Part shown: positions 9,595 to 17,800 of the stretch, in pieces
Position numbering within the stretch: the stretch's first letter is position 1
How the letters are laid out: every line of letters begins with the position of its first letter
Origin: a virus
Lineage: Duplodnaviria; Caudoviricetes
Virus record (IMG/VR): IMGVR_UViG_3300010052_000219
Coordinates: 1 to 44,384 of that record
Length of the DNA: 44,384 bases
Strand: one strand, 5' to 3'
The notes under the pieces: generated by a model
Database searches by the model: none
Told to the model about the DNA's origin: nothing
Seen by the model: only the letters and a program-made list of their open reading frames with translations
Position numbers and translations under genes: made by a program

Positions 9595-10117
9595 GCCGAT
9601 CCTGCTCGATCACCCAGTTCGCCCATGCCGCCTGCCAGTCCCGCTTCCGGGCGTTCGGTCCGTTCGCGGCGTGCCAGTGGTTGCGGAAGCTTTCGATCGC
9701 GCGCCGTTCCCAGTCCTCGCCGCGGTGAGCGATGATCCCTTGGGCGACGGTGCCAGGGCTGAACGGGATTGGCTGCCAATCGTTCGCCAGCCGGCTCGCC
9801 TCGTGTGTGCGCGCCTTCCCGCCTGTCCGCGGGGTGGGGGTTAATTTTTGGGGGTTTGGGGGGCTTTTATTGGGGGAGGGGTCCGGCGTGACGTCGGGCG
9901 TCACTCCCTCGTCACTGGCGTCACATGTGACGCCTTGAGACGCCGCGTGACGCTCCCTCCAACGCCGTGTCCGCAATGCACCGGCCGACGGGGCAAGCGC
10001 CGCCTCGACCTGCGCGTCAGCCTTTGCCTGCGCCGCTGCGAGCGCCATCGCCACCTCGGCGACCAAAGCTGCTGGGGTGCCGCTTTCGATCAGGCGCTCG
10101 ATCAGATCGGCGCTCAT
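9482..10117 (-). CDS. Phage replication initiator with DnaT-like C-terminus
   Basis: ALRTRRWRER, VT-rich linker, ESFRNHW...KRDWQAAWANWV. Confidence 0.8.
   Translation of the reverse strand: MSADLIERLIESGTPAALVAEVAMALAAAQAKADAQVEAALAPSAGALRTRRWRERHAASQGVTCDASDEGVTPDVTPDPSPNKSPPNPQKLTPTPRTGGKARTHEASRLANDWQPIPFSPGTVAQGIIAHRGEDWERRAIESFRNHWHAANGPNARKRDWQAAWANWVIEQDRRDGTGGRARSGGGRGGQRGFRDELLERYVGGGDPGLG
9831..9953. other. Putative replication origin inside the initiator gene
   Basis: GTGAC/GTCAC iteron-like pentamers at 9888, 9900, 9911, 9920, 9927 and 9947, next to a strand-asymmetric G/T tract at 9831-9881. Confidence 0.6.
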
Positions 10118-10653
10118 TTCGCGTTGATCCGAAGGTCGATGGACGGCCGCATGTTAGGAAACGCCAGATACAGACAGGCGTCCCACGCCTCGCGTACACA
10201 GACCATCACGTTCGCGTGAATTTCCGACCCTGTGAACCGCAGTACCGTTAGCCCTTGAAGGGTCAGGTCGCGATCCCTGGCACGATCCCTTTTTGCTTGG
10301 GCCTTGGTACGTTCGTGGAAATCATGGCCGTCACATTCGACGACGACATCACCGATATGCTTGCGGTCATTCGAGACCCGCAGCAGGAAATCGACGCGGT
10401 ATCGACCGATCTGGCTCTGTTGTTCTACATCGACAGTGCAGAAGCTCTGGAAGCCTACGCGATCGAAATCTTCTCCTGCGAAGCGCAATACCGGCAGCGT
10501 GTAGCTGAAGCCGACTAGTCCGAGCAGGAACATCCGCTCGATGGGACTTTCCGATTTACACGGAAGGCCTTGATCGAGGCGCTCGCTGATCCAAGACGGT
10601 ATGTTCGTGCTGAAGTCGTGAACAATGGCGTCATACGCAATTTGGTCGCTCAT
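10114..10653 (-). CDS. DUF559/Vsr-like endonuclease
   Basis: ESPIE, QIGRYRVDF, VVECDGHDFH, RDRARDRDL...VLRFTGSEI; lower GC. Confidence 0.9.
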   Translation of the reverse strand: MSDQIAYDAIVHDFSTNIPSWISERLDQGLPCKSESPIERMFLLGLVGFSYTLPVLRFAGEDFDRVGFQSFCTVDVEQQSQIGRYRVDFLLRVSNDRKHIGDVVVECDGHDFHERTKAQAKRDRARDRDLTLQGLTVLRFTGSEIHANVMVCVREAWDACLYLAFPNMRPSIDLRINAK

Positions 10654-11087
10654 CTGGTGCGCTTCCCCAGGGTGAAGGGCAGCCGCATGTCGTCAGGCAG
10701 GACCCACAGGTGATACATGTCCGCGGCATCCACGAGCTCGGCGCGCGGCGGCTGAACCTCGACGGCGGTTCGCTCGGTGCCGAACAGCTCGTCCTTGATC
10801 CGCTGCATGTCGCGCCACGGGGGCTCAAGGCTCGACGCCGAGCGGACGGCCAGATGCTGCACGGTGCCCCAGGCGCATGCGACCGGGCGGACCAGCACAA
10901 CGTAGAGGTCGTTCTTGAACACCTCGCGGATCTGCGCGCACCAGCCGGACGGGTCGGTGCCGGGAAGGCCTGCCGGCATTGCGGTCCGCTCCCATTCGCC
11001 CCAGCGGCCCGTCTTGATCGCGCGCTGCTCCAGTCGGACGGCATGACGGCGCTGCGCACGGGACCCGCCCTGACGCTGCATCGTCAT
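10650..11087 (-). CDS. Conserved phage hypothetical protein
   Basis: HLAVR...WRDMQRIKDELFG...AVEVQP...LVDAADMYHLWVLP; ATGA-coupled on both sides. Confidence 0.8.
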   Translation of the reverse strand: MTMQRQGGSRAQRRHAVRLEQRAIKTGRWGEWERTAMPAGLPGTDPSGWCAQIREVFKNDLYVVLVRPVACAWGTVQHLAVRSASSLEPPWRDMQRIKDELFGTERTAVEVQPPRAELVDAADMYHLWVLPDDMRLPFTLGKRTR

Positions 11088-11992
11088 ACGAACAACCCCG
11101 TCTGGGCGTCGTAGCGATCGACACGCCGCGTCTTTGCCGACGCGTCATATTCTGCGAAAGGCACCGTCTTCCACAGGAAGCGGTTGACCCAACGCTGGAC
11201 CTGCTTGAGCCTGTGGGCCGTCCAGTCGTGCCGGACCCACGGTTCCTTGAACTCAGCGACCAGCTTGATCTCCGGCTGGACATAGGGCTCAGCGCCCGCG
11301 TCAAGCACCCGCTGGATCCGCTCCATGCATAGGTCGAACGGCTCCCGGCCAATCATCACGTAGGGTCGGATTTTCTTGGGCGGGACCCCGCGCCGCCTTA
11401 GAAGCCCAATGACGCGCGCAACCTCGTCCATCTCGCCGGTCTCGTCCGCGCCGAAGCGCCACGGTCCGTCGTTGATGCGGCTCCACAGGTCGAAGGTCTC
11501 GCCGTCGAACCGGCTCGGTCCGAAGCCACTATTCGCGTCGAGAAGGGGCACGCCATGGCCGAGGTAGCGGTCGACGATATACCGCTGATACTCCATGCTC
11601 AGCGCGGACAGATTGTCGTCGACAAGCACAGGGCGAGGGGTGAAGTCCGGCATCGGCACCAATTCGCGCCCGTCCATGCGGGGTACGATACACCAGGCGC
11701 ACCCTTCATCGCAGCCGCGGCTGGCGCGGGTCGCCATCGGGTTATGACGAAACAATGCCTCAGGCACCTCGCCGCCGAGCTCGGCGATATTGCCCATCCG
11801 CGCCTTGGACTTCGGATGCCAGAGGCCCGGGCCGCCGGCGCGGACACGATATCCCGCCGCGTTGAACCAACAGGCTCGCGAAAAGGCTGTAGGGACGTTC
11901 CAAGTGAAGGCGACAGACAGGAAGGCGGTGTCGCCCTCGGTCCATTCGGCATAGCCACCCGACCATGCGCCGACGGTGAATGCGCGGGTCAT
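11084..11992 (-). CDS. Radical SAM-type Fe-S protein
   Basis: ASRGCDEGCAWCIVP (CxxxCxxC), LVDDNL, PYVMIG. Confidence 0.85.
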   Translation of the reverse strand: MTRAFTVGAWSGGYAEWTEGDTAFLSVAFTWNVPTAFSRACWFNAAGYRVRAGGPGLWHPKSKARMGNIAELGGEVPEALFRHNPMATRASRGCDEGCAWCIVPRMDGRELVPMPDFTPRPVLVDDNLSALSMEYQRYIVDRYLGHGVPLLDANSGFGPSRFDGETFDLWSRINDGPWRFGADETGEMDEVARVIGLLRRRGVPPKKIRPYVMIGREPFDLCMERIQRVLDAGAEPYVQPEIKLVAEFKEPWVRHDWTAHRLKQVQRWVNRFLWKTVPFAEYDASAKTRRVDRYDAQTGLFV

Positions 11993-12231
11993 TCGAGCAC
12001 CTCGGGCGGCTCGGGGAAAAATCGCTCCTTGTCCGCGGCGAACTGGGCCGCGGCTTCCGCGAAGACCTGCTTCCGAGCGTCTCGGCGCCGCTTGCGCGCG
12101 GCACTCTCTTCCTCAGGCGTTCGGCAATAGGCGTGGATGTAGCCCACGCCTCTGGGGTTGTAGACGCGCGGTCCAACCTTCCCACAACGCGCACAGTGAC
12201 GGCTCTCGTGGCCCCAGGGCAACCGCTTCAT
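11989..12231 (-). CDS. Small Cys/His (zinc-finger-like) hypothetical protein
   Basis: CARCG...HAYC; ATGA-coupled on both sides. Confidence 0.7.
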   Translation of the reverse strand: MKRLPWGHESRHCARCGKVGPRVYNPRGVGYIHAYCRTPEEESAARKRRRDARKQVFAEAAAQFAADKERFFPEPPEVLE

Positions 12232-13433
12232 GCTGCCACCCCGCTCGAGCGATCGAGAAGCATCTCCTGCAGCATGGCCGGCGCCATGGGCAGCCGCGGC
12301 ATCACCTCAGCTGCGAACCACGCCTCGTCCTCGCCCAGCCAGGCGAACGCCATGCGGCGCGCGGTCGCTTCGGTCAGGAGCCCAATCGTCTCGCGCCGGT
12401 CGATGCGGCCGGGGCGCAACAGGGCGGGGTCAAGGCGGTCCGCATGGTTGCTGGTGACCACAAGGATGCGGTTCTCGCGACTGGCCATGCCGTCGACGGC
12501 GTTGAGCAGCCCCGCGAGCGTGACGGATTCCTCTGGCTTCACGGCCAGCTCGGTGCCGGAGGTGGGCGCGGAGCGGTCGTGCGATATGCGTGCGCTGTCG
12601 ATATCCTCGATCACGACCAGCGCGCCGGGCTCCGCCGTACAGAAAGCACTGAGCAGACCGGTGTCGCCCCCGGCCGTGTTGAGGTTGATCAGATACACCG
12701 GGCGCCGGGCCATACCCGCGAGGACGAACGCCAGCGTCGTCTTGCCGGTGCCGGGCGGCCCTTCGAAGAGGTATCCGCGGCGCCATGGCGTCCCGCGCCG
12801 TCGATATCGCTCCTGCGCGCCGAGGAAGCGCGTCAGGTCGTTGACGATGTGCTCGGCCTGCTCCTCGGGCAGGAACAGCGTGTCGATCGAGCGGATCGGC
12901 TTGTAGTCCGCCGTCAGCCAGCCGCCCTTGTCCCACACGTTGACCCGCACGGACGGCACGTCGAGATGAACGCGCTCGGCGCGCAGCATCAGCGCGCGCA
13001 GGCCGTCCTGCTTCGGGCCGAAGCTGCGCAGCGTGAACGATTCCAGCCGCTTGCGGGCCATCCCTTTGTTGCCGTCTTCAATGTGGCGGTGGAGCAGGAA
13101 CCATTGGCCGTGGTCGCGGAACAGGTGCCAGCCCTGGCCGAATGACGCGCGCCATGTCCATTGCTGGGTCTCATAGTCGTACATCTCCACCATCCGCAGC
13201 CAGCGGGCGCGGCGCACGAACGGCGAGTCCGCCAGATAGATGCAGAGGCGGTCGAACAGCGGATCGTCGTTGTCGAGCACCAGCGTGACGCTCAGGTGGC
13301 GCTTGAGCCATTCCCAGGCGGCGACCGGCACCTGGCGCGCGCTGTAGAGCAGCGCGGATACGCCAGCGCCGCCGGCGATGCCCGCGAAGACCGGGTTGCT
13401 GGCGAGTTCGATAAGCCAGGCGATCACCAGCAT
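12228..13433 (-). CDS. BCS1-like membrane-anchored AAA+ ATPase
   Basis: N-terminal TM (NPVFAGIAGGAGV), BCS1_N-like GQGWHLF...ESFTL, RRGYLFEGPPGTGKT, IEDID, LLNAVDG, LDPALLRPGRID. Confidence 0.9.
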   Translation of the reverse strand: MLVIAWLIELASNPVFAGIAGGAGVSALLYSARQVPVAAWEWLKRHLSVTLVLDNDDPLFDRLCIYLADSPFVRRARWLRMVEMYDYETQQWTWRASFGQGWHLFRDHGQWFLLHRHIEDGNKGMARKRLESFTLRSFGPKQDGLRALMLRAERVHLDVPSVRVNVWDKGGWLTADYKPIRSIDTLFLPEEQAEHIVNDLTRFLGAQERYRRRGTPWRRGYLFEGPPGTGKTTLAFVLAGMARRPVYLINLNTAGGDTGLLSAFCTAEPGALVVIEDIDSARISHDRSAPTSGTELAVKPEESVTLAGLLNAVDGMASRENRILVVTSNHADRLDPALLRPGRIDRRETIGLLTEATARRMAFAWLGEDEAWFAAEVMPRLPMAPAMLQEMLLDRSSGVAA

Positions 13434-13720
13434 GCTCCCATTCGATGGTCGGTTTCGTCGGCAGAGCTCCAGAATGTGGAGCGATAGGCTTTCGCCGCGG
13501 CGGCGGCGCTGAACGTGCAGGGGAACGTCTCGATCGCGATAACCAGCACGCGCCCAGCGGCACTGATCATGCGCCAGGTAAACCCGTTCTGATTAGGGAT
13601 GACCTCGATCATCGCGCCGGAATCCCGAGCATCCAGCAGCAGAGCGCCGCGGCGATCCCGCACAGCATCGCCATGCTGATCGTATAGGAGAGGTGGGCGA
13701 GCTTCCTCATTGCGGCGCAT
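13424..13720 (-). CDS. Small protein resembling YegP/DUF1508
   Basis: IEVIPNQNGFTWRMISAAGRVL...ETFPCTFSAAAAA; overlaps the ThiF stop and the AAA start. Confidence 0.55.
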   Translation of the reverse strand: MRRNEEARPPLLYDQHGDAVRDRRGALLLDARDSGAMIEVIPNQNGFTWRMISAAGRVLVIAIETFPCTFSAAAAAKAYRSTFWSSADETDHRMGACW

Positions 13721-14489
13721 CCTTGGCGGGCTCGGCGCTGGGCGAGCGAAGGGGGATGGGGACGGCTTGGCCGCTGGCGATGTTGATGAAGGCGCCGGCG
13801 TGGCCGATCGAGCCGCGCCCGAGCAGCTCGAACAGGAGCGCCAGCGCGTGACTCGCCACGACGCGGTTCACGAACAGGGATTGCCGCTCGAGCGCTTCGG
13901 CCACCGAGCAGGACGGCGCATCGGCTTCGGCGAAGCTCTCGTCGGCGAGCTCAGGGAAATACTCGAGCACCGTTGGCAGGCGGCGATCGTCCTTGGCGCC
14001 CAGGCGCTCCGGGCAGCCGATCAGGAACTGGCCGTCGGTCGCGCGGTTGCCGAGGTCGAGCCAGTAACGCGGACGCGCGCCCCGCGAGGCGATCGCGCCG
14101 CCCAGCGCTCGCCGGGCGGACGCCGTGTCGACGCAGGAGATGAGGATGTGGAAACCACCTAGGTCGATCGCGTCGGGCGCTCGCCCATGTACGGCGCGCC
14201 AGTCCAGGCCGTGCGCGAGATTGACCCGCTCCGTCAGCGTGCGCGCCTTCGAGCTGCCCAGATCGCAGCGATAGAATGGCTGGCGGCCGAGGTTCGCCTC
14301 GCTGACGGTGTCGTCATCGACGACAGTGACGGCCAGCGATCGCGAGGAGATCGCGCGCAGCGCGCTGTCGAGCGACGCGAGGCCCATGAGCATCTGGGCG
14401 CCGTTCCCACCGCACCCGACGAGCAGCACGTTGATGCGGCCCTCTTCGAACTGCGCGGGCAGGAAATGGCGTGAGGGCGCGTCAGGCAT
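13707..14489 (-). CDS. PRTRC system ThiF (E1-like) protein
   Basis: VGCGGNG, DDDTVSEANLGRQ, CVDT, YWLDLGN, PSCSVAEALERQSLFVN. Confidence 0.93.
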   Translation of the reverse strand: MPDAPSRHFLPAQFEEGRINVLLVGCGGNGAQMLMGLASLDSALRAISSRSLAVTVVDDDTVSEANLGRQPFYRCDLGSSKARTLTERVNLAHGLDWRAVHGRAPDAIDLGGFHILISCVDTASARRALGGAIASRGARPRYWLDLGNRATDGQFLIGCPERLGAKDDRRLPTVLEYFPELADESFAEADAPSCSVAEALERQSLFVNRVVASHALALLFELLGRGSIGHAGAFINIASGQAVPIPLRSPSAEPAKDAPQ

Positions 14490-15138
14490 CGTCTTCTCCG
14501 TCGAACGGACTGCGCGGCATGGGCAGGAACATTCCGCCGGCGCACAGGCGCATGGCGATCTCGGCGCCGTCGGGATGGCCCAGCCGGCCGACGACGAGCG
14601 CGATCTTGGTCGAATGCGCGTCATCGGCGTCGTCGGTGCTGCTGAAGAAGGCGGTGCCGCCCCCATGGCTGTGGATGTCGCAGACGACGTGCCAATTTCC
14701 GGGCAGAGCCGGGGTGCGATAAACCAGCCGCGACGGGGTCGCATGGTCGATCTCGGGATAGATCACATCGAACTCGCGCGTCAGCGAGTTCCACACGACG
14801 AACGCCGCCGCCTCGTTGGGCAGCGCGGCCATGAAATGCTCGAGGACCCGATCGAGATGCGCGCTGGGGATCAGGCCGCAGCGCAGCGCGGCGTGGGGCG
14901 CACCGGTCACGCCATAGGGCAGATAGGCGGCGAGCGGCCGGGCAATCAGGGCGTCGAGCTGCAGCCAGGGCCGGCGCAGGATCAGCATCACCCCGTCCGA
15001 TCCAACGGCGAGGCCCTGGCCGGACGCCGCCGCGCGCAGCGCATCGATGGCGGGCGATCGCCCGCTGGGTGGCACCGCGTAGCAGGGGACCACGGACAGG
15101 ACGGCCGCGGCGGTGGGATCGTCGGCGAGGATGCTCAT
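14482..15138 (-). CDS. PRTRC system protein A (JAB/MPN metallo-isopeptidase)
   Basis: LPNEAAA...DIHSH...FFSSTDDADD JAMM motif. Confidence 0.92.
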   Translation of the reverse strand: MSILADDPTAAAVLSVVPCYAVPPSGRSPAIDALRAAASGQGLAVGSDGVMLILRRPWLQLDALIARPLAAYLPYGVTGAPHAALRCGLIPSAHLDRVLEHFMAALPNEAAAFVVWNSLTREFDVIYPEIDHATPSRLVYRTPALPGNWHVVCDIHSHGGGTAFFSSTDDADDAHSTKIALVVGRLGHPDGAEIAMRLCAGGMFLPMPRSPFDGEDDA

Positions 15139-15938
15139 GCGCGTGCACTCCCGGCGATCAGTTGGCCCACGGTGATCGGTGCAGCCTCGGCGCGGGCCTG
15201 TTGCCGGCCATTCCCCGCTGTGAAGGGCTTGAGGCGCTTGACGGGGAAGCGCTGCGCCCCACGCGCGGCGAGATCATCCCACAGGCGGACCAGCCCGCCC
15301 TTGCCGTTGACGGTCAGCTCCTGCCCCGGGTTCTCGTGGGTCGACCAGGAATCGAACACCGCGTCCTGGAACTCCTCCATCGATGCCGGCGCGATCGTTT
15401 TGGGGCGGCGGATGTTGCCCCAGCAGAGCTGGCCATCGATGAAGATGTTCAGGATCGGCGAGTAGAGGACGGGCGTGTCCGCCACCGGTCGGCGGTTCTC
15501 TGGCAGCGCATAGACACCGAGCCCGGACCTGGTCGCGATGAACAGGTGCGCTGGGTAGGGGAGGCGCACGCTGGTCCGCTCGGCCAGACGCTTCAGGCCC
15601 TTGGGCGGGGTCGAGAGCGCGAAATAGGCGGTCCGAACCTGCTCTGGCACCCACCAGGCGAGCATGTCGTTGTGCGACACGAGGACATTGGCGGGCAGGA
15701 TCTCCGGCGCGATCGTCCGGCCGAGCGCATCCGCCCATTGGCGCAGGTGCGCATGCGTCAGCGACGCGCCCGCGGCGATGACGGGCTGCCCGTCGACCAT
15801 CTCCACGCCGTGGATACTGGCGAACGCGTGCGCGCCGTCCCGCGGCGGTCCGAGCTTGGCATCGCTTTTGTAGAGCAGGATCGCGTCGGTCAGCACCAGA
15901 CCGCCCGCGGTCGCTTCGAATTGCGTGGTGTGCTTCAT
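15135..15938 (-). CDS. PRTRC system protein B (prokaryotic E2-like)
   Basis: ASIHGV, LAWWVP, PAHLF, LNIFIDGQLCWGN, FDSWSTHEN. Confidence 0.9.
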   Translation of the reverse strand: MKHTTQFEATAGGLVLTDAILLYKSDAKLGPPRDGAHAFASIHGVEMVDGQPVIAAGASLTHAHLRQWADALGRTIAPEILPANVLVSHNDMLAWWVPEQVRTAYFALSTPPKGLKRLAERTSVRLPYPAHLFIATRSGLGVYALPENRRPVADTPVLYSPILNIFIDGQLCWGNIRRPKTIAPASMEEFQDAVFDSWSTHENPGQELTVNGKGGLVRLWDDLAARGAQRFPVKRLKPFTAGNGRQQARAEAAPITVGQLIAGSARA

Positions 15939-17056
15939 GAGCGCGCCTCCGGCTTGGCCGGGTCAAAGCCGATGAGATCCTGCGCGGCGAGCAGAACTTC
16001 CGCGCCGAGCTTCAGCGATGCGAGCCAGGCGTCGACCCGGTCCGCGTCAGGCACGGCGTAGAAGCCGGCGAGGTCCATGAAGCCCAATTCCATGCCGTGG
16101 CGGCCGACGTCGTCGAGCTCACGCGCGAACTCGTCGGCAGGCACGAGGGTCATGGGCGGCAGCGTTGCGCAGTCCTGGATGTCAGGCAGGTATTCGCACG
16201 CCAGAGCGAAATCGAAGTACCAGCTGTTGCTGTCGTGGCCGAAGCGCTGGAGGGCCTTGTGCGCGTCGCGCAGCCGTTTGAGCCGAACACGGAGGCTGGC
16301 AGGCATATCCTTCAGGGGGGCGCTCTTAGCGACCATGTAGTCCGGCCGTCGCGCGTTCATCGCCGACGGGAGCATCTCGGGCAGGTCGGGATCGTCCGGG
16401 TCCGCGCCGCGATACTCGATCAGGGCATGGCGCGCGCCTTCGTCGTCGGTCGCGCCGTCCCAATAGCACATCGAGATTTCTTCGAGGAGGTCGCCATAGC
16501 CGAAGATCGGGAGCGCGATCGAAAGCGTCTCCTCCAGCGCGCGATAGGCGGCGGCACGCCATCCGACCGGCGCGACCTCGCCCAAAGCCGTGTGCTGCAG
16601 CACGCTGGTCTTTTCGATCCAGCCAAGGTCGAGCTGACCGACGCTGTCGCAGATCACAGCAAACGCGGGCGGGTTGTCTCCTTCACCGTGAAGCACCACG
16701 ACACGCAGTTCCGCGAGCTCGATCGGCTTGAGGATATCGATCACGGCGGCGTTGAATACGCGCTCGATATGCCGGCGCGCTTCGGATCGCTTGAAGCGGC
16801 GCGTCGAATCTTGCCGCTCCGCGATCCACCGGCCCAGCAGCTGGTGATGCGGTGCAAGCGGGGCGTCGAACTCCACGGGCACATCGTGCCCGATGACGAC
16901 CGCGCGCCCGGCAAGATCAGCCGAGGGGCGCGAGGCGAAGGCCGGGAGGTGGCTGGAGCGGCTCGCGATCCCTGCCTTGCGGCGCGGCGCAGAGGCGCGC
17001 GTGGAGCGCTTGGTCCGGCTCGCTGCAGGTGGGAAGGGTGCTGGTTGTGTCGCCAT
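15935..17056 (-). CDS. PRTRC system protein F (start uncertain)
   Basis: Position between C and B; YWDGATDD...LPS...PDY pattern; ATGA-coupled to B. Confidence 0.75.
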   Translation of the reverse strand: MATQPAPFPPAASRTKRSTRASAPRRKAGIASRSSHLPAFASRPSADLAGRAVVIGHDVPVEFDAPLAPHHQLLGRWIAERQDSTRRFKRSEARRHIERVFNAAVIDILKPIELAELRVVVLHGEGDNPPAFAVICDSVGQLDLGWIEKTSVLQHTALGEVAPVGWRAAAYRALEETLSIALPIFGYGDLLEEISMCYWDGATDDEGARHALIEYRGADPDDPDLPEMLPSAMNARRPDYMVAKSAPLKDMPASLRVRLKRLRDAHKALQRFGHDSNSWYFDFALACEYLPDIQDCATLPPMTLVPADEFARELDDVGRHGMELGFMDLAGFYAVPDADRVDAWLASLKLGAEVLLAAQDLIGFDPAKPEARS

Positions 17057-17126
17057 CGAGGTCGATCCATTCGAGAAGTGTCTTGCGGGGAGCGGGCGGG
17101 ATGGCCGCGCGCGGATGCCGCGCCAT
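16917..17126 (-). CDS. Small PRTRC accessory ORF between C and F, overlapping the 5' end of F
   Basis: ATG 2 nt after the stop of protein C; ends LQPPPGLRLAPLG. Confidence 0.5.
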   Translation of the reverse strand: MARHPRAAIPPAPRKTLLEWIDLDGDTTSTLPTCSEPDQALHARLCAAPQGRDREPLQPPPGLRLAPLG

Positions 17127-17128
17127 GA

Positions 17129-17335
17129 TCAGCCCTTGGTGCCGACCGCGCGGCGATACTCCATGACGTGCACGCCGTTGGAGACGCCGGCATCGACCAG
17201 CTCGGCGTTGAGGATCGCCGGGTACAGCGTGGCGTGGTAGGCTCGCAGGCCCTGCGGGTCCCCGCTGAGATGCGGCGGCACTGCGAGTTCGATGCCGTCG
17301 TAGCGGTAGACTTGGGTCAGGTGGTTGATCTGCAT
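17129..17335 (-). CDS. PRTRC system protein C (ubiquitin-like modifier)
   Basis: 68 aa; YRYDGIEL...YPAILNA...RRAVGTKG with C-terminal Gly; GGAG RBS. Confidence 0.9.
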   Translation of the reverse strand: MQINHLTQVYRYDGIELAVPPHLSGDPQGLRAYHATLYPAILNAELVDAGVSNGVHVMEYRRAVGTKG

Positions 17336-17366
17336 GTCGGAACTCCGGTGTGATGGGCGAGGGGCG

Positions 17367-17795
17367 TCAGCCCCAGAGGCTGGCAGGCTCATTCGGCTCG
17401 GCTGCGGGTGCCGGTATGCTCGGGGTCGCGGCGTTCGCAGCTACCGCGGCTGCGCGCGCTGCCTTGGCGGGTTCTGCTTTCGGCTTCGCCGGTGCCACCT
17501 TAGTCTTCGCCGCCTCGGTGGCCGCGCGCTGCTCGGCGATCTGATCGGCGAGCGACTTGCGCTGCGCGATGAGCTGCCCGAGCGCGCCTTCCTCACCGAG
17601 AGCGAGTTCGGCGTCGATCTCCGCCGCGGTGGCGGTGATCGAGATCGGGCGGACCTCGTCCCCCTTGGGATCCTGCTTTGCGCCCGCGACCTTGCGGGGG
17701 ATGATGGTCAGCGTGACCGTATCGCCGGCACCGGCGACGAGATCGAATCCGAGCGAATAGCGGGACAACAGGGGGAGCAGGCTGGTGATCAGCAT
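17367..17795 (-). CDS. PRTRC system protein E
   Basis: LTIIP...PISITATAAEIDAEL, SLADQI, Ala/Pro/Lys-rich tail ending SLWG. Confidence 0.88.
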   Translation of the reverse strand: MLITSLLPLLSRYSLGFDLVAGAGDTVTLTIIPRKVAGAKQDPKGDEVRPISITATAAEIDAELALGEEGALGQLIAQRKSLADQIAEQRAATEAAKTKVAPAKPKAEPAKAARAAAVAANAATPSIPAPAAEPNEPASLWG

Positions 17796-17800
17796 GGCGG

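Noticed and set aside
13707-17335. Reading the E1/E2/JAB genes as CBASS, Bil or thiamine/molybdopterin biosynthesis
   Set aside because: No cyclase, effector or cofactor genes; order and motifs match PRTRC
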